Shown here in pieces: positions 1-9,770 of a DNA stretch of 64,000 nt (position 1 is the stretch's first letter; each line of letters begins with the position of its first letter). Both the position numbers and the translations under genes were made by a program. Location: contig DASVCH010000122.1 of NCBI GenBank assembly GCA_036381715.1, positions 4 to 64,003 on the forward strand, given 5' to 3'. A model generated the notes under the pieces. The model worked only from the letters and a program-made list of their open reading frames with translations. It did not search any database and was not told the DNA's origin. The DNA is from Gammaproteobacteria bacterium (GTDB taxonomy: Bacteria; Pseudomonadota; Gammaproteobacteria; Natronospirales; JAJUFS01).

Positions 1-1
1 G

Positions 2-199
2 CGCATTCTCTGGCTGGACGGTTGCGAGGATGCCAACGCCGAATCGAAATCGCGCTTCATCTACATTCATGGCACGCCGGACACGGAGCCGATGGGCGTG
101 GCGCGGTCGCACGGATGCGTGAGGATGAGGAACGGGGATGTGATCGAACTCTTCGACGCGGTTGACGTGGGGACGGTAGTTGAAATTCGTGAGAAGTGA
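2..199 (+). CDS. L,D-transpeptidase (YkuD domain), C-terminal fragment; 5' end lies outside the window
   Basis: Frame-2 translation RILWLDGCEDANAESKSRFIYIHGTPDTEPMGVARSHGCVRMRNGDVIELF...EIREK* carries the YkuD catalytic H-G...S-H-G-C-V-R motif. Not in the ORF track because there is no start codon in the window. Confidence 0.8.
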   Translation, partial: RILWLDGCEDANAESKSRFIYIHGTPDTEPMGVARSHGCVRMRNGDVIELFDAVDVGTVVEIREK

Positions 200-239
200 G
201 AAGTGAGAAGTGAGAAGTGAGAAGTGAGAAGTGAGAAGA
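191..239. repeat. Tandem heptamer array, (GAGAAGT)x7, overlapping the ldt stop codon
   Basis: Seven consecutive GAGAAGT units read directly from 191 to 239. Confidence 0.95.
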
Positions 240-322
240 TGATCAAGGTGCGCTCCGAGCTGGTCTGGACCGAACCGCTGTGCGTCGAAAATGTGCGCGC
301 AGTGTCTTCTCGCGCCAGGCGT

Positions 323-350
323 CTTCTCACTTCTCACTTCTCCCTTCTCA
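323..350. repeat. Inverted partner array, (CTTCTCA)x4 with one variant CTTCTCC
   Basis: CTTCTCA is the reverse complement of TGAGAAG, the same unit as the 191-239 array. It ends 16 nt before the nagZ ATG. Confidence 0.9.
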
Positions 351-366
351 CTCGCACGGAGGGTGC

Positions 367-1416
367 ATGAGCCTCGGCCCTCTCATGGTCGATATCGCGG
401 GAATTTCGCTCACCGCGGAAGACCGCGACGTGCTGCGGCACCCGCTGGTCGGCGGCATCATCCTGTTCACGCGCAATTTCGAATCCATCGAACAGCTGGA
501 TGCGCTGGTAAGGGACATTCATGCCCTGCGCACGCCGCGCCTGCTGGTCGCGGTGGATCACGAAGGCGGGCGCGTGCAGCGCTTTCGCGAAGGATTCACG
601 GTATTGCCGCCGGCGAAGGTTTATGGCCGGCTGTACGACGCCGATCGCGCAGCCGGATTGAAGGCGGCGGAGCAGGGCGGCTGGCTGATGGCGGCGGAGT
701 GCCTTGCGCTCGGCATCGACATCAGTTTCGCGCCGGTGCTGGATCTCGATCACGGGTTGAGCTCGATCATCGGCGATCGCGCGTTTCATCGCAGCATCGA
801 AGGCGTCGCGCAACTCGCGTCGAGCTGGACGCGCGGCATGAAACGCGCCGGCATGGCGGCGACGGGAAAGCATTTCCCCGGTCACGGCGGCATTGCGGCG
901 GATTCGCATCTCGAGCTTCCCGTGGACGAGCGCGATTACGTCACCCTGAAACAGCGCGACATGGCGCCGTTCGCGCGCCTGGTCGCCAACAAGCTTGCGG
1001 CGATCATGATGGCGCATGTCGCCTATCCGAAGATCGACGCATTGCCGGCGAGTTTCTCGCCGCGCTGGATCAGGCGCGAACTGCGCGAGGACCTGCGTTT
1101 CCAGGGAGTTGTCTTCTGCGACGATCTCAGCATGGAAGGCGCCGCCGGCCTCGGCGACTACACCGCACGCGCGCGCCGGGCGCTGGATGCCGGTTGCGAT
1201 ATGCTGCCGGTCTGCAACAACCGCGAAGGCGTCATGCAGATTCTCGACGGCTTCGGCGAGCATGACGATCCCGTCGCGCAACTGCGGCTCGCGCGCATGC
1301 ACGGCCGCGCGAACTATTCGCTCGCCGAGTTGCAGGCGCGGCCGGAATGGCGTGATGCGCGTGACGCACTGGCGGTGCTGGAAGGGGGCGCGGGTCCGCA
1401 GTTGAGCCTGACCTAG
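367..1416 (+). CDS. nagZ: beta-N-acetylhexosaminidase (peptidoglycan recycling)
   Basis: ORF 280..1416 trimmed to ATG 367, which has GGAGGG just upstream. MSLGPLMVDIAGISLTAEDRDVLRHPLVGGIILFTRNF and KHFPGHGG are typical of GH3 NagZ. Confidence 0.9.
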   Translation: MSLGPLMVDIAGISLTAEDRDVLRHPLVGGIILFTRNFESIEQLDALVRDIHALRTPRLLVAVDHEGGRVQRFREGFTVLPPAKVYGRLYDADRAAGLKAAEQGGWLMAAECLALGIDISFAPVLDLDHGLSSIIGDRAFHRSIEGVAQLASSWTRGMKRAGMAATGKHFPGHGGIAADSHLELPVDERDYVTLKQRDMAPFARLVANKLAAIMMAHVAYPKIDALPASFSPRWIRRELREDLRFQGVVFCDDLSMEGAAGLGDYTARARRALDAGCDMLPVCNNREGVMQILDGFGEHDDPVAQLRLARMHGRANYSLAELQARPEWRDARDALAVLEGGAGPQLSLT

Positions 1417-1480
1417 TCGAAAGTGTTGCAGAGGCGCGCGATCCCGTTCGCGCCTCGAGGAGCACCTGCCTGGAGTTGTG

Positions 1481-2599
1481 ATGGAGTTTTCAGAGTTTTT
1501 CGAAAAGATCGGCAGCATTCCCGGCGGCTGGGGACTGGCGGCGAAAGTGTTCGCGATCGTGCTTGTCGCGCTGGTCGTCGACATGGCCCAGCGCATCGTG
1601 ACGCGCAAGCTGGGCGCGAAAACGCGCGGTACGGAAAATCCCTGGGACGACGCCTTGTTCGACGCCGTGCGCAAGCCGGCATCGGCGTTCATCTGGCTGG
1701 TCGGCATCACGCTTGCCGCGGAGCTGGTCGCGCTTCAGACCGAGGCCGAAATCTACGCCTACGTCGACGAGGCGCGCGCCATCGGCGTCGTCACGGTCCT
1801 TGCCTGGTTCCTGCTGCGCTTCATCCGGAAAGTCGAAAACAACTACATTCGCAAACGCATCGAGCAGCAGGCGCAGTTCGATCAGACGGCCGTCGACGCC
1901 ATCGGCAAGCTGATGCGCGCCTCGGTCGTGATCACGGCCGTGCTGGTGCTGATGCAGACGCTGGGTTTCAGCATCGCCGGCATCCTGGCGTTTGGCGGCG
2001 TCGGCGGCATCGCCATCGGTTTCGCCGCCAAGGACATGCTCGCGAATTTCTTCGGCGGCATGACGGTGTACCTCGACAAGCCGTTCAAGGTCGGCGACTG
2101 GATACGCTCGCCGGAAAAGGAGATCGAGGGCACGGTCGAGCACATCGGCTGGCGTTCGACGCGCATTCGCACATTTGACCAGCGGCCGCTGTATGTGCCG
2201 AACTCGGTGTTCTCCAACATCGTCGTGGAAAACCCGTCACGGATGTTCGCCCGCCGCATCAACGAGACGATCGGCATCCGTTACGACGATTTCGCGAAGA
2301 TGGAAGGCATCGTCGACGAGGTGCGCGACATGCTGAGAAACCACGACGGGATCGCGCAGGAGCTGACCTTGCTCGTGAATTTCGACGCCTTTGCGGAGTC
2401 CAGCCTGAACTTCTTCATCTACACGTTCACGAACACGCGCGACTGGGCGGAGTATCACCGCATCAAGCAGGACGTGCTGCTGAAGATCGGCAACATCATC
2501 GAACGCCATGGCGCGGAGATCGCCTTCCCGACGCGCGCGCTGCTGATGCCGGAGGGACTGCGAATCGCAGGCGCGCCGCGCGGGGACGATCCGGCATGA
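1481..2599 (+). CDS. mechanosensitive ion channel, MscS family
   Basis: N-terminal TM helices, then GGVGGIAIGFAAKDMLANFFGG...PFKVGDWI...GTVEHIGWRSTRIRT...VPNS...ENPSRM (MscS pore helix and beta domain). ATG 1481 follows GGAG; GTG 1478 is an alternative start. Confidence 0.88.
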   Translation: MEFSEFFEKIGSIPGGWGLAAKVFAIVLVALVVDMAQRIVTRKLGAKTRGTENPWDDALFDAVRKPASAFIWLVGITLAAELVALQTEAEIYAYVDEARAIGVVTVLAWFLLRFIRKVENNYIRKRIEQQAQFDQTAVDAIGKLMRASVVITAVLVLMQTLGFSIAGILAFGGVGGIAIGFAAKDMLANFFGGMTVYLDKPFKVGDWIRSPEKEIEGTVEHIGWRSTRIRTFDQRPLYVPNSVFSNIVVENPSRMFARRINETIGIRYDDFAKMEGIVDEVRDMLRNHDGIAQELTLLVNFDAFAESSLNFFIYTFTNTRDWAEYHRIKQDVLLKIGNIIERHGAEIAFPTRALLMPEGLRIAGAPRGDDPA

Positions 2600-3153
2600 A
2601 CGCGGTGGATACGGAAGAACTGAAACGCGTGCTGGCGGCCGCCGACTGCCTGCATGATGCGAGCGCCGTTCAGGCCGCGATCGGAAACCTCGCCGCGGCG
2701 GTGAACGCCCACTTCCGCGACAGGCGGCCGCTGGTTCTTGTCGTCATGAACGGCGGGCTGGTGCCGGCGGGCTGGCTGCTGCCGAAGTTCGATTTCCTGT
2801 TCGAGCTCGATTACCTTCACGCAACGCGCTATCGCGGCAACACCGTCGGCGACGAGCTGGAATGGCTGGCACGGCCGCGAAAGCCCTTGCGCGATCGCGA
2901 CGTGCTCCTGGTCGACGACATCCTGGACGAAGGCGTCACGCTGCGCGCGCTGGTCGACTTCTGCCGGGAGCAGGGCGCGAGCAGCGTGCGTTCGGCCGTG
3001 CTGGTGCAGAAGCGGATCGGCCGTCCCGCCGCCGTCGATGCGGACTTCGTCGGACTTGCCGTGGAGAACCGCTACGTGTTCGGCTGCGGCATGGATTACA
3101 AGGAACACTTCCGTCACCTGCCGGCGATCTACGCGCTCGGCAATGGCAAATAA
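2596..3153 (+). CDS. purine phosphoribosyltransferase (hypoxanthine/guanine PRTase-like)
   Basis: PRPP-binding loop DVLLVDDILDEGVTL. About 185 aa. ATGA start/stop overlap with the upstream channel gene. Confidence 0.75.
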   Translation: MNAVDTEELKRVLAAADCLHDASAVQAAIGNLAAAVNAHFRDRRPLVLVVMNGGLVPAGWLLPKFDFLFELDYLHATRYRGNTVGDELEWLARPRKPLRDRDVLLVDDILDEGVTLRALVDFCREQGASSVRSAVLVQKRIGRPAAVDADFVGLAVENRYVFGCGMDYKEHFRHLPAIYALGNGK

Positions 3154-3174
3154 TTCTTTCGGAAATCAAAGAGC

Positions 3175-3912
3175 ATGTCGGAAATCGCGATCATTGGCGG
3201 CACGGGTCTCGCCAACCTCCCGGAACTGGAAATCACGCGCCGCGAAGTCGTCTACACGCCCTTCGGCGAACCGTCCGGCCCGGTCACGCACGGCCGGCTG
3301 AACGGCCGCGACATCACCTTTCTCGCGCGTCATGGATACGGTCACACCATCCCGCCGCACAAGGTGAACTACCGCGCCAATCTCTGGGCACTGAAGTCCC
3401 TGGGCGTGAAGCGAATCGTTGCCGTCGCGGCCGTGGGTGGCATACGCCGCGACATGGTGCCGGGCAAGATCGCGTTTCCCGATCAGATCATCGACTACAC
3501 CTACGACCGGTTTCACACCTACTTTGAAAACGATCTTGAAAGCGTCACGCACATCGACTTCACGCGGCCGTATTGCTCCGAATGCCGGAGGGTTCTTGTC
3601 GAAGCGGCGCGCGCGGCGAAACTTGATGCCGTCGAAGACGGCACCTACGGCGCCATGCAGGGGCCGCGTCTCGAGACGGCGGCGGAGATCAACAAGCTGG
3701 AACGCGACGGCTGCGACCTGGTCGGCATGACCGGCATGCCGGAAACCGCGCTCGCGCGCGAACTCGAACTTTCCTATGCCGCCTGCGCGGTGATCGCCAA
3801 CTGGGCAGCGGGACGCGGCGACGTCGACATTCATGCCGACATCGAACGCAGCCTGCGCGCGGGAATGGAAAAGGTGACGGCGTTGCTGGCGGCGGCGTTG
3901 CCGGCGTTGTAG
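3175..3912 (+). CDS. mtnP: S-methyl-5'-thioadenosine/thioinosine phosphorylase (MTAP family)
   Basis: MSEIAIIGGTGL N-terminus, HGYGHTIPPHKVNYRAN, GMTGMPE and ACAVIANWAAG motifs of the MTAP/PNP family. Confidence 0.85.
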   Translation: MSEIAIIGGTGLANLPELEITRREVVYTPFGEPSGPVTHGRLNGRDITFLARHGYGHTIPPHKVNYRANLWALKSLGVKRIVAVAAVGGIRRDMVPGKIAFPDQIIDYTYDRFHTYFENDLESVTHIDFTRPYCSECRRVLVEAARAAKLDAVEDGTYGAMQGPRLETAAEINKLERDGCDLVGMTGMPETALARELELSYAACAVIANWAAGRGDVDIHADIERSLRAGMEKVTALLAAALPAL

Positions 3913-3914
3913 TA

Positions 3915-3991
3915 GTCGAAGGTCGAAGGTCGAAAAAAGCCGTGCGAAGCACGGCTTTTTACTTTCGACTTTGGACCTTCGACTTTCGACC
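3915..3991. terminator. Bidirectional rho-independent terminator embedded in inverted heptamer arrays
   Basis: GTCGAAG GTCGAAG GTCGAAA, then AAAGCCGTGC-GAAG-GCACGGCTTTTT, then TTTCGAC TTTGGAC CTTCGAC TTTCGAC. Lies between convergent mtnP and the phoX-like gene. Confidence 0.85.
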
Positions 3992-5182
3992 TTACCGTAC
4001 GAACGGCCCCGTCACCTCGTACGTCACGCCATCAAACGCCAGCCCGCTGTTGCCGCGCTGCGAACTGAAGTAGAGCCGCGTTCCCGTCGGATCGAAGGCC
4101 GGACCGGTGACTTCCGATTTGCGGTGGCCGGTGAGCTGCACGACCGGAAAGACTTCCTGCGCCGGATTGATGGCAACGATCTGCATGTTGCCGCCGTCCT
4201 CGGCGACGTAGACGGTGCCGTCCTGCGAGACGGTGACGTTGTCGACGCCGGTCAGTACAGGTTCCGCGAACGTATTGTCGTCGTAAACCAGGCGCAGGGT
4301 TTCCGCGCCGATGTCGTACGCCCACACGCGGCCGCTGCCCTTCGTGGTGAAGTAGATGACGCCGTCCGCGTGCCAGGCGCCTTCACCGCCGTTGAATGCG
4401 GTGCTTTGCGATGCCTGGTGACGCGTCGGTGTCGATTCCGCGTCCGGATCGTCGATACGATGCCAGCTGACGTCGCCGCCCGCATCGCCGCTGACCTCCG
4501 CGGCTTCCAGCGTGCCGCTCCCGAGATCGGGAACGCCGCCGGTGACGGACGCGGGCGTGAAACGGTAGAAGCGTCCGTCGGGCAGGTCTTCGGTAAGGTA
4601 GATCCGGAAGGTTTCCGGATCGACGGCGGCGGCTTCGTGCATGAAGGTGCCGAGCGCGGGCAACGCGCGTGCAGGACGCGCGCCGAACGGATCGCACTCC
4701 CAGACGCGGCCGCTTTCCACTTCCTCGCAGGACAGCCAGGTATTCCAGGGCGTCGGTCCGCCCGCGCAATTGCGATGCGTGCCGTTCAGGATCGAATAGG
4801 CGTTGATGACTTCCCCGGATGCATTGAAGCGCATCGCGCTCGCGCCGCCCGCGCCGTCGTCCATTTCGCTGTTCGAGACGTAAACCCAGCCGCCGTCGTC
4901 CGCGGCGAAAACCGCGCCGCCGTCCGGCGCGGCATGCCAGAGAAATCCAAGGCCGGGTACGACGGGATGGCTGCTGCGGGCAACGATGCGCGCGGAAAAT
5001 CCTTCGGGCACGAACAGCCCGTCAACGGCAGACTCGCGCAGCTCGCGCGCCACGACGGGAAGCCCGCCGCCGCGGCAGGCGACCAGCAGCTTCCCCGCGG
5101 CGATCGCGGCAAGACTGCCCGCGCCGTAACGCAGCAGGCGCCGCCGCAGGGGATCCGGCATGTCGCTGCTGTGAAACGTCAT
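3992..5182 (-). CDS. secreted PhoX/DUF839-family protein (putative phosphatase)
   Basis: Twin-arginine type leader (DPLRRRLLRYGAGSLAAIAAG), PTPWNTWLSCEE, and repeated beta-propeller-like segments. Family recalled from memory. Confidence 0.65.
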   Translation of the reverse strand: MTFHSSDMPDPLRRRLLRYGAGSLAAIAAGKLLVACRGGGLPVVARELRESAVDGLFVPEGFSARIVARSSHPVVPGLGFLWHAAPDGGAVFAADDGGWVYVSNSEMDDGAGGASAMRFNASGEVINAYSILNGTHRNCAGGPTPWNTWLSCEEVESGRVWECDPFGARPARALPALGTFMHEAAAVDPETFRIYLTEDLPDGRFYRFTPASVTGGVPDLGSGTLEAAEVSGDAGGDVSWHRIDDPDAESTPTRHQASQSTAFNGGEGAWHADGVIYFTTKGSGRVWAYDIGAETLRLVYDDNTFAEPVLTGVDNVTVSQDGTVYVAEDGGNMQIVAINPAQEVFPVVQLTGHRKSEVTGPAFDPTGTRLYFSSQRGNSGLAFDGVTYEVTGPFVR

Positions 5183-5188
5183 GACGGT

Positions 5189-6235
5189 TTACTGCGGCCG
5201 TGAAAGATCGGTTTCAAGCGTGCGTGCGGAGACTTCGCGCGGCGTGACTTTCACGATCGCGCCAAAGACCGGGTGATCGAAGTAATGGATGTCGCCGCTG
5301 CGAAGGCGCCGGTACTGGCTCAGGCGGAAACCCTGGAACACGTCCTGTTCCGGTTCCAGCGCGAGAATCTCGGCTTCCACGAGCGTGATGTCGCCGCGCG
5401 CGAGCGCTTCGAGAATGGCCTGCCGGCGTCGTTCGCGCGCGAACGCCTTTTCTTCGGTCCACTGGCGGGTCGCGGCGGGCACGTCGCCGAGCACGGCGAG
5501 GTTGATGTCCTCGGGCAGGTAGACCAGGTCGAGATCGAGGTGCAGGTAGCGGCTTACCGACAATTGCACGACACCGTCGAGCGGGCGGACAGGCTGCGGG
5601 CCCTGTTCCTCGTCCTGCAGGAATTCCGGGGTTTCGATCGGCGGCTCCTGCGCGCCGGAATCCGCAAACGGCGCGTCGCCGGCCATGCCGAGCAGCGGCT
5701 GTTCGTTTTCGAGCGGCAAGGCGTCTTCTTCGGGCATCTCCGCTTCCAGCGAACCCGGCAAGGTGACGCGCAGGTATGGCGACTGGCTGCGTTCCAGCGG
5801 CGGTTGCGTCCACGCGACATGCAGGATGGGTTCGTACTTCGAGGATTGCCGCAGCCGCTCCGCGATATCGTTCAACTGGTACGCCGACTCGTCCAGCGGA
5901 ACGTAGGGCGTCGGCGTGTCGGGATGCAGGGATGCCGCTTCGCCAAGCGGCGATGCAGCGGCGGCATCCGTTTCGCGCGGGGAACCGGCGTCTTCGTCGA
6001 TCGCTGACGGGCCGGCCGGCGGCGGAAACAGCGGGCGCGCTTCCTCGACCGGCGGAATCCCGGCGTCCGTCGGCCAGGTTTCCGCGCTGCGGGTGTCGAG
6101 ATTGCGGAAGACGATCAGTTCCACGTCGTACCAGGTGACGGTGGCTTCCTTGATCGGCTTCTCTTCCGCGGCCGCTGCCATCGCGCTGGACGGCATGCAG
6201 GCCAGGATCATGGCGGCGGCAATCAGAAAACGCAC
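5189..6235 (-). CDS. periplasmic protein, CsiV-like (mfd-linked)
   Basis: Signal peptide MRFLIAAAMILACMPSSAMA and WYDVELIVFRN near the N-terminus. Sits immediately downstream of mfd, as CsiV-type genes do. The family call is tentative. Confidence 0.45.
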   Translation of the reverse strand: MRFLIAAAMILACMPSSAMAAAAEEKPIKEATVTWYDVELIVFRNLDTRSAETWPTDAGIPPVEEARPLFPPPAGPSAIDEDAGSPRETDAAAASPLGEAASLHPDTPTPYVPLDESAYQLNDIAERLRQSSKYEPILHVAWTQPPLERSQSPYLRVTLPGSLEAEMPEEDALPLENEQPLLGMAGDAPFADSGAQEPPIETPEFLQDEEQGPQPVRPLDGVVQLSVSRYLHLDLDLVYLPEDINLAVLGDVPAATRQWTEEKAFARERRRQAILEALARGDITLVEAEILALEPEQDVFQGFRLSQYRRLRSGDIHYFDHPVFGAIVKVTPREVSARTLETDLSRPQ

Positions 6236-6314
6236 GGGCGTGTCTCCACTTGAAATCGGACAGGCGAAAGTGGGCCGAGTCTAGCGCGAGTCGGACATAA
6301 CTTCACGATGCCCG

Positions 6315-9300
6315 TCACGCCGCCGCGGTTTCGGCGGGCGCAAGCCGGTCGAGCAGCGCGTGCACGAACGCGAAGCGCTCGGCGGGTTCGTCAAGCTCCG
6401 CGAGGAAGCGCAGCTTCTCCTGGCCGTCGAGCTTGTAGCGGCGGCTTTCGCGCTGGATCAGGTTGATGATCGCCATCGGGTCCACGGAGGGTTTCGCGTT
6501 GAACACGAGCCGTCCCCCGGACGGACCGGCCTCGATCTTGCGGATGCCGAGCGGCGCGGCTTTCAGGCGCAGTTCCGCGAGGCGGAAAAGATTCTTCGCG
6601 GGCTCGGGCAGCAGCCCGAAGCGGTCGATCATTTCCACCTGCAACTCATCCAGCGTCGCGCGATCCGCCGCCGAGGCGATGCGCTTGTACAGCACGAGGC
6701 GCATGTGCACGTCCGGCATGTAATCGGCGGGCAGCAGCGCGGGAACCTTCAGCTCGATTTCCGGCCCGTGATCCAGCGGCCGGTCGAGGTCCGGCACTTC
6801 GCCTTTCTTCAGCGCCTCGACCGCGCGTTCCAGCAGTTCGCTGTACAAGGTGAAACCGACTTCCTGGATCTGCCCGGACTGCTCCTCGCCCAAAAGCTCG
6901 CCCGCGCCGCGGATTTCGAGATCGTGCGTCGCGAGCGTGAAACCTGCGCCAAGGTCTTCCAGCGATTCGATCGCTTCCAGGCGCTTCACGGCGTCCGCGG
7001 TCATCGCGGCCTTTGGCGGCGTCAGCAAATAGGCGTAGGCGCGATGATGCGAACGGCCGACGCGCCCGCGCATCTGGTGCAGCTGCGCGAGCCCGAACCT
7101 GTCGGCGCGATGAATGATGATGGTGTTCGCGCTCGGCACGTCGATGCCGGACTCGATGATGGTCGTGCACAGCAGCACGTTGAAGCGCCGGTGATAGAAA
7201 TCCAGCATCACCTGTTCCAGCTCGCGCTCGTGCATCTGGCCGTGCGCGATGCGCACCTCGGCGTCCGGTACCAGCGCTTCGATCTGCAGCTTGAACTTTT
7301 CGATGGTCTGCACTTCGTTGTGCACGAAATACACCTGGCCGCCGCGCTTGATTTCGCGCAGGATCGCTTCCTGGATCAGCGCGTCGTTCCATTCCGAGAC
7401 GAAGGTCTTCACCGACAGGCGCTCTTCCGGCGGCGTCGCGATGATGGAAAGATCGCGGATGCCGGCGAGCGACATGTTGAGCGTTCTTGGAATCGGCGTC
7501 GCGGTGAGCGTGAGCACGTCGACTTCCGCGCGCAGTTTCTTCAGCTGTTCCTTGTGGCGCACGCCGAAACGCTGTTCCTCGTCGACAATGACAAGGCCAA
7601 GGTCCGCGAACTTCACCTTGTTCGACAGCAATCCGTGCGTGCCGACGACGATATCGACCTTGCCGTTTTCAAGACCCTGCAGGATTTCCGCCTGCTGCTT
7701 GCCGGTGCGAAAGCGCGACAGCGCCTCGATCTTCACCGGCCAGTCCGCGAAGCGGTCGCGGAAGGTCTGGTAATGCTGCTGCGCGAGCAGGGTGGTCGGC
7801 ACCAGCACCGCGACCTGCTTGCCGGCCTGCACAGCGACGAAGGCCGCGCGCAATGCGACTTCGGTCTTGCCGAAGCCGACGTCGCCGCAGACCACGCGGT
7901 CCATCGGCTGTTTTTGCGCCAGGTCGGCAACAACGGACGCGATGGCCGTTTCCTGGTCGGCGGTTTCCTCGAAGGGAAAGTCGTTCGCGAACTTTTCGTA
8001 GTCTTCCTCGCTGATGCGAAAGGCGTGGCCTTCGCGTGCGGCGCGGCGCGCGTAGATGTCCAGCAGTTCCGCCGCCGCGTCGCGCGCCTTTTCCGCCGCG
8101 CGGCGCTTCGCCTTGCTCCATTGTTCCGAACCGAGGCGATGCACCGGCGCGTGTTCCGGCGAGGTGCCGGTGTAACGCGAAATGAGATGCAGCGATTGCA
8201 CCGGCACGTACAGCTTGTCGCCGCCGGCGTATTCCAGCGTCAGGAACTCCGCGGACTGCCCGCCGACATCCAGCGTCTTCAAGCCGCGGTAACGGCCGAC
8301 GCCGTGTTCCTCGTGCACCACCGGCGCGCCTTCGGAAAGATCGGTGAGGTCGCGGATGATGGCGGCGGGATCGCGCGCGGCGCGCCGCCGGGCACGCGTC
8401 TTCGCGCGCTCGCCGAACACCTGCGGTTCCGAGATGACCGTGATGCCCTGCTGCGGAAGATGAATGCCTTCCTGCAGCGGCGCGACGCAGACGTTCAGCT
8501 TTTCATGGCCGTCGAGAAATTCCTGCCAGCTTTCGAGCGTCTTCGGTTCAAGCTTGCGCTTGCGCAACAGTTCCAGCAGCGTCTCGCGCCGGCCGGTGGA
8601 TTCGGCCACGAACAAGGCGCGGCCCGTGTAACGTTCCAGGAAATCCAGCAGCACGCGTGCCGGCTCTTCCAGGCGGCTGTTGAGACGCAGCTCCGGCGGC
8701 TGCACGCTGCCAAGATTCTTTCCGTCCTCCGTCAGCTCGAAAGACTGGATGCGCACGCGCGGATGCAGTTCGATCGCCGAGCGGATTTCTTCCGGCGCGA
8801 ACGCGATTTCCGCGGGCGCAAGCAATGGCCGCTCGATGTCGCCGCGCCGCTGCTCGAAGCGATCCTCGATCTGCGTCCGTGCGTCCTCGAACGCATCCGC
8901 GACGGTGTCGAACTCGCAGATGACCGTGTTCTTCGGCAGGTAATCGAACAGCGAGGACGTCTGCTCGAAAAACAGCGGCAGGTAATACTCGATGCCGGCG
9001 GGCGCGATGCCGTCGGAAACGGACTTGTAGATCTGGCTGCGTGCGGGATCGCCCTCGAAGCGCGCGCGATAGCGCGTACGGAAATCGCGGATCGCGTCCT
9101 TGTGCAACGGAAACTCGCGCGCGGGCAGCAGGCGGATGTTGTCGAGCTTTTCCTTCGAGAGTTGCGTCTCCGGATCGAAACTGCGGATGCTGTCGATCTC
9201 GTCGTCGAAAAGATCAATTCGAAACGGCAGCGGCGAGCCCATCGGGAAAATGTCGATCAGCGAGCCGCGCACCGCGAACTCGCCGTGCTCCATCACCTGC

Positions 9301-9770
9301 GAAACGCGCGCGTACCCCGAATTCTCCAGGCGCAACGACAGCGCCTCCACGTCGAGCTGCTCGCCAACGTCCATCACGAAGCTCGCGCCATCCAGCCAGC
9401 TTCGCGGCGCAAGCCGGTTCAGCAGCGCGCCCGCCGTGGCGACCACGACACCGCGCTTCATGCCTTCGAGACGATTCAGTGTCGCGAGTCTCCGCGAGAC
9501 GATGTCCTGGTGCGGAGAAAAGACGTCATACGGCAGCGTCTCCCAGTCCGGGAACGGAAACACCGGCAGGTTCGCGCCTTCGAGCAGGAACGCGAGCTCC
9601 GCTTCCAGCCGCTCCGCCGACTGCGCGCCGGAACAGATCACCAGCAGCGGACGCTCGTCTCGTTGCGCCGCCTCGGCGATCGCCAACGCGGGCGCGGCGC
9701 CATACAACTGGCCCCAGCGCGTCGCCTGGCCGTTCGCGGGGAGTTCGGGTTTCAGCAGTTTTTTCGTCAT
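6315..9770 (-). CDS. mfd: transcription-repair coupling factor
   Basis: GDVGFGKTEVA, DEEQRFGV, TATPIPRT, QLHQMRGRVGR, plus UvrB-homology and CarD-like regions. ORF trimmed to MTKKLLKPELP (ATG 9770). Confidence 0.97.
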   Translation of the reverse strand: MTKKLLKPELPANGQATRWGQLYGAAPALAIAEAAQRDERPLLVICSGAQSAERLEAELAFLLEGANLPVFPFPDWETLPYDVFSPHQDIVSRRLATLNRLEGMKRGVVVATAGALLNRLAPRSWLDGASFVMDVGEQLDVEALSLRLENSGYARVSQVMEHGEFAVRGSLIDIFPMGSPLPFRIDLFDDEIDSIRSFDPETQLSKEKLDNIRLLPAREFPLHKDAIRDFRTRYRARFEGDPARSQIYKSVSDGIAPAGIEYYLPLFFEQTSSLFDYLPKNTVICEFDTVADAFEDARTQIEDRFEQRRGDIERPLLAPAEIAFAPEEIRSAIELHPRVRIQSFELTEDGKNLGSVQPPELRLNSRLEEPARVLLDFLERYTGRALFVAESTGRRETLLELLRKRKLEPKTLESWQEFLDGHEKLNVCVAPLQEGIHLPQQGITVISEPQVFGERAKTRARRRAARDPAAIIRDLTDLSEGAPVVHEEHGVGRYRGLKTLDVGGQSAEFLTLEYAGGDKLYVPVQSLHLISRYTGTSPEHAPVHRLGSEQWSKAKRRAAEKARDAAAELLDIYARRAAREGHAFRISEEDYEKFANDFPFEETADQETAIASVVADLAQKQPMDRVVCGDVGFGKTEVALRAAFVAVQAGKQVAVLVPTTLLAQQHYQTFRDRFADWPVKIEALSRFRTGKQQAEILQGLENGKVDIVVGTHGLLSNKVKFADLGLVIVDEEQRFGVRHKEQLKKLRAEVDVLTLTATPIPRTLNMSLAGIRDLSIIATPPEERLSVKTFVSEWNDALIQEAILREIKRGGQVYFVHNEVQTIEKFKLQIEALVPDAEVRIAHGQMHERELEQVMLDFYHRRFNVLLCTTIIESGIDVPSANTIIIHRADRFGLAQLHQMRGRVGRSHHRAYAYLLTPPKAAMTADAVKRLEAIESLEDLGAGFTLATHDLEIRGAGELLGEEQSGQIQEVGFTLYSELLERAVEALKKGEVPDLDRPLDHGPEIELKVPALLPADYMPDVHMRLVLYKRIASAADRATLDELQVEMIDRFGLLPEPAKNLFRLAELRLKAAPLGIRKIEAGPSGGRLVFNAKPSVDPMAIINLIQRESRRYKLDGQEKLRFLAELDEPAERFAFVHALLDRLAPAETAAA

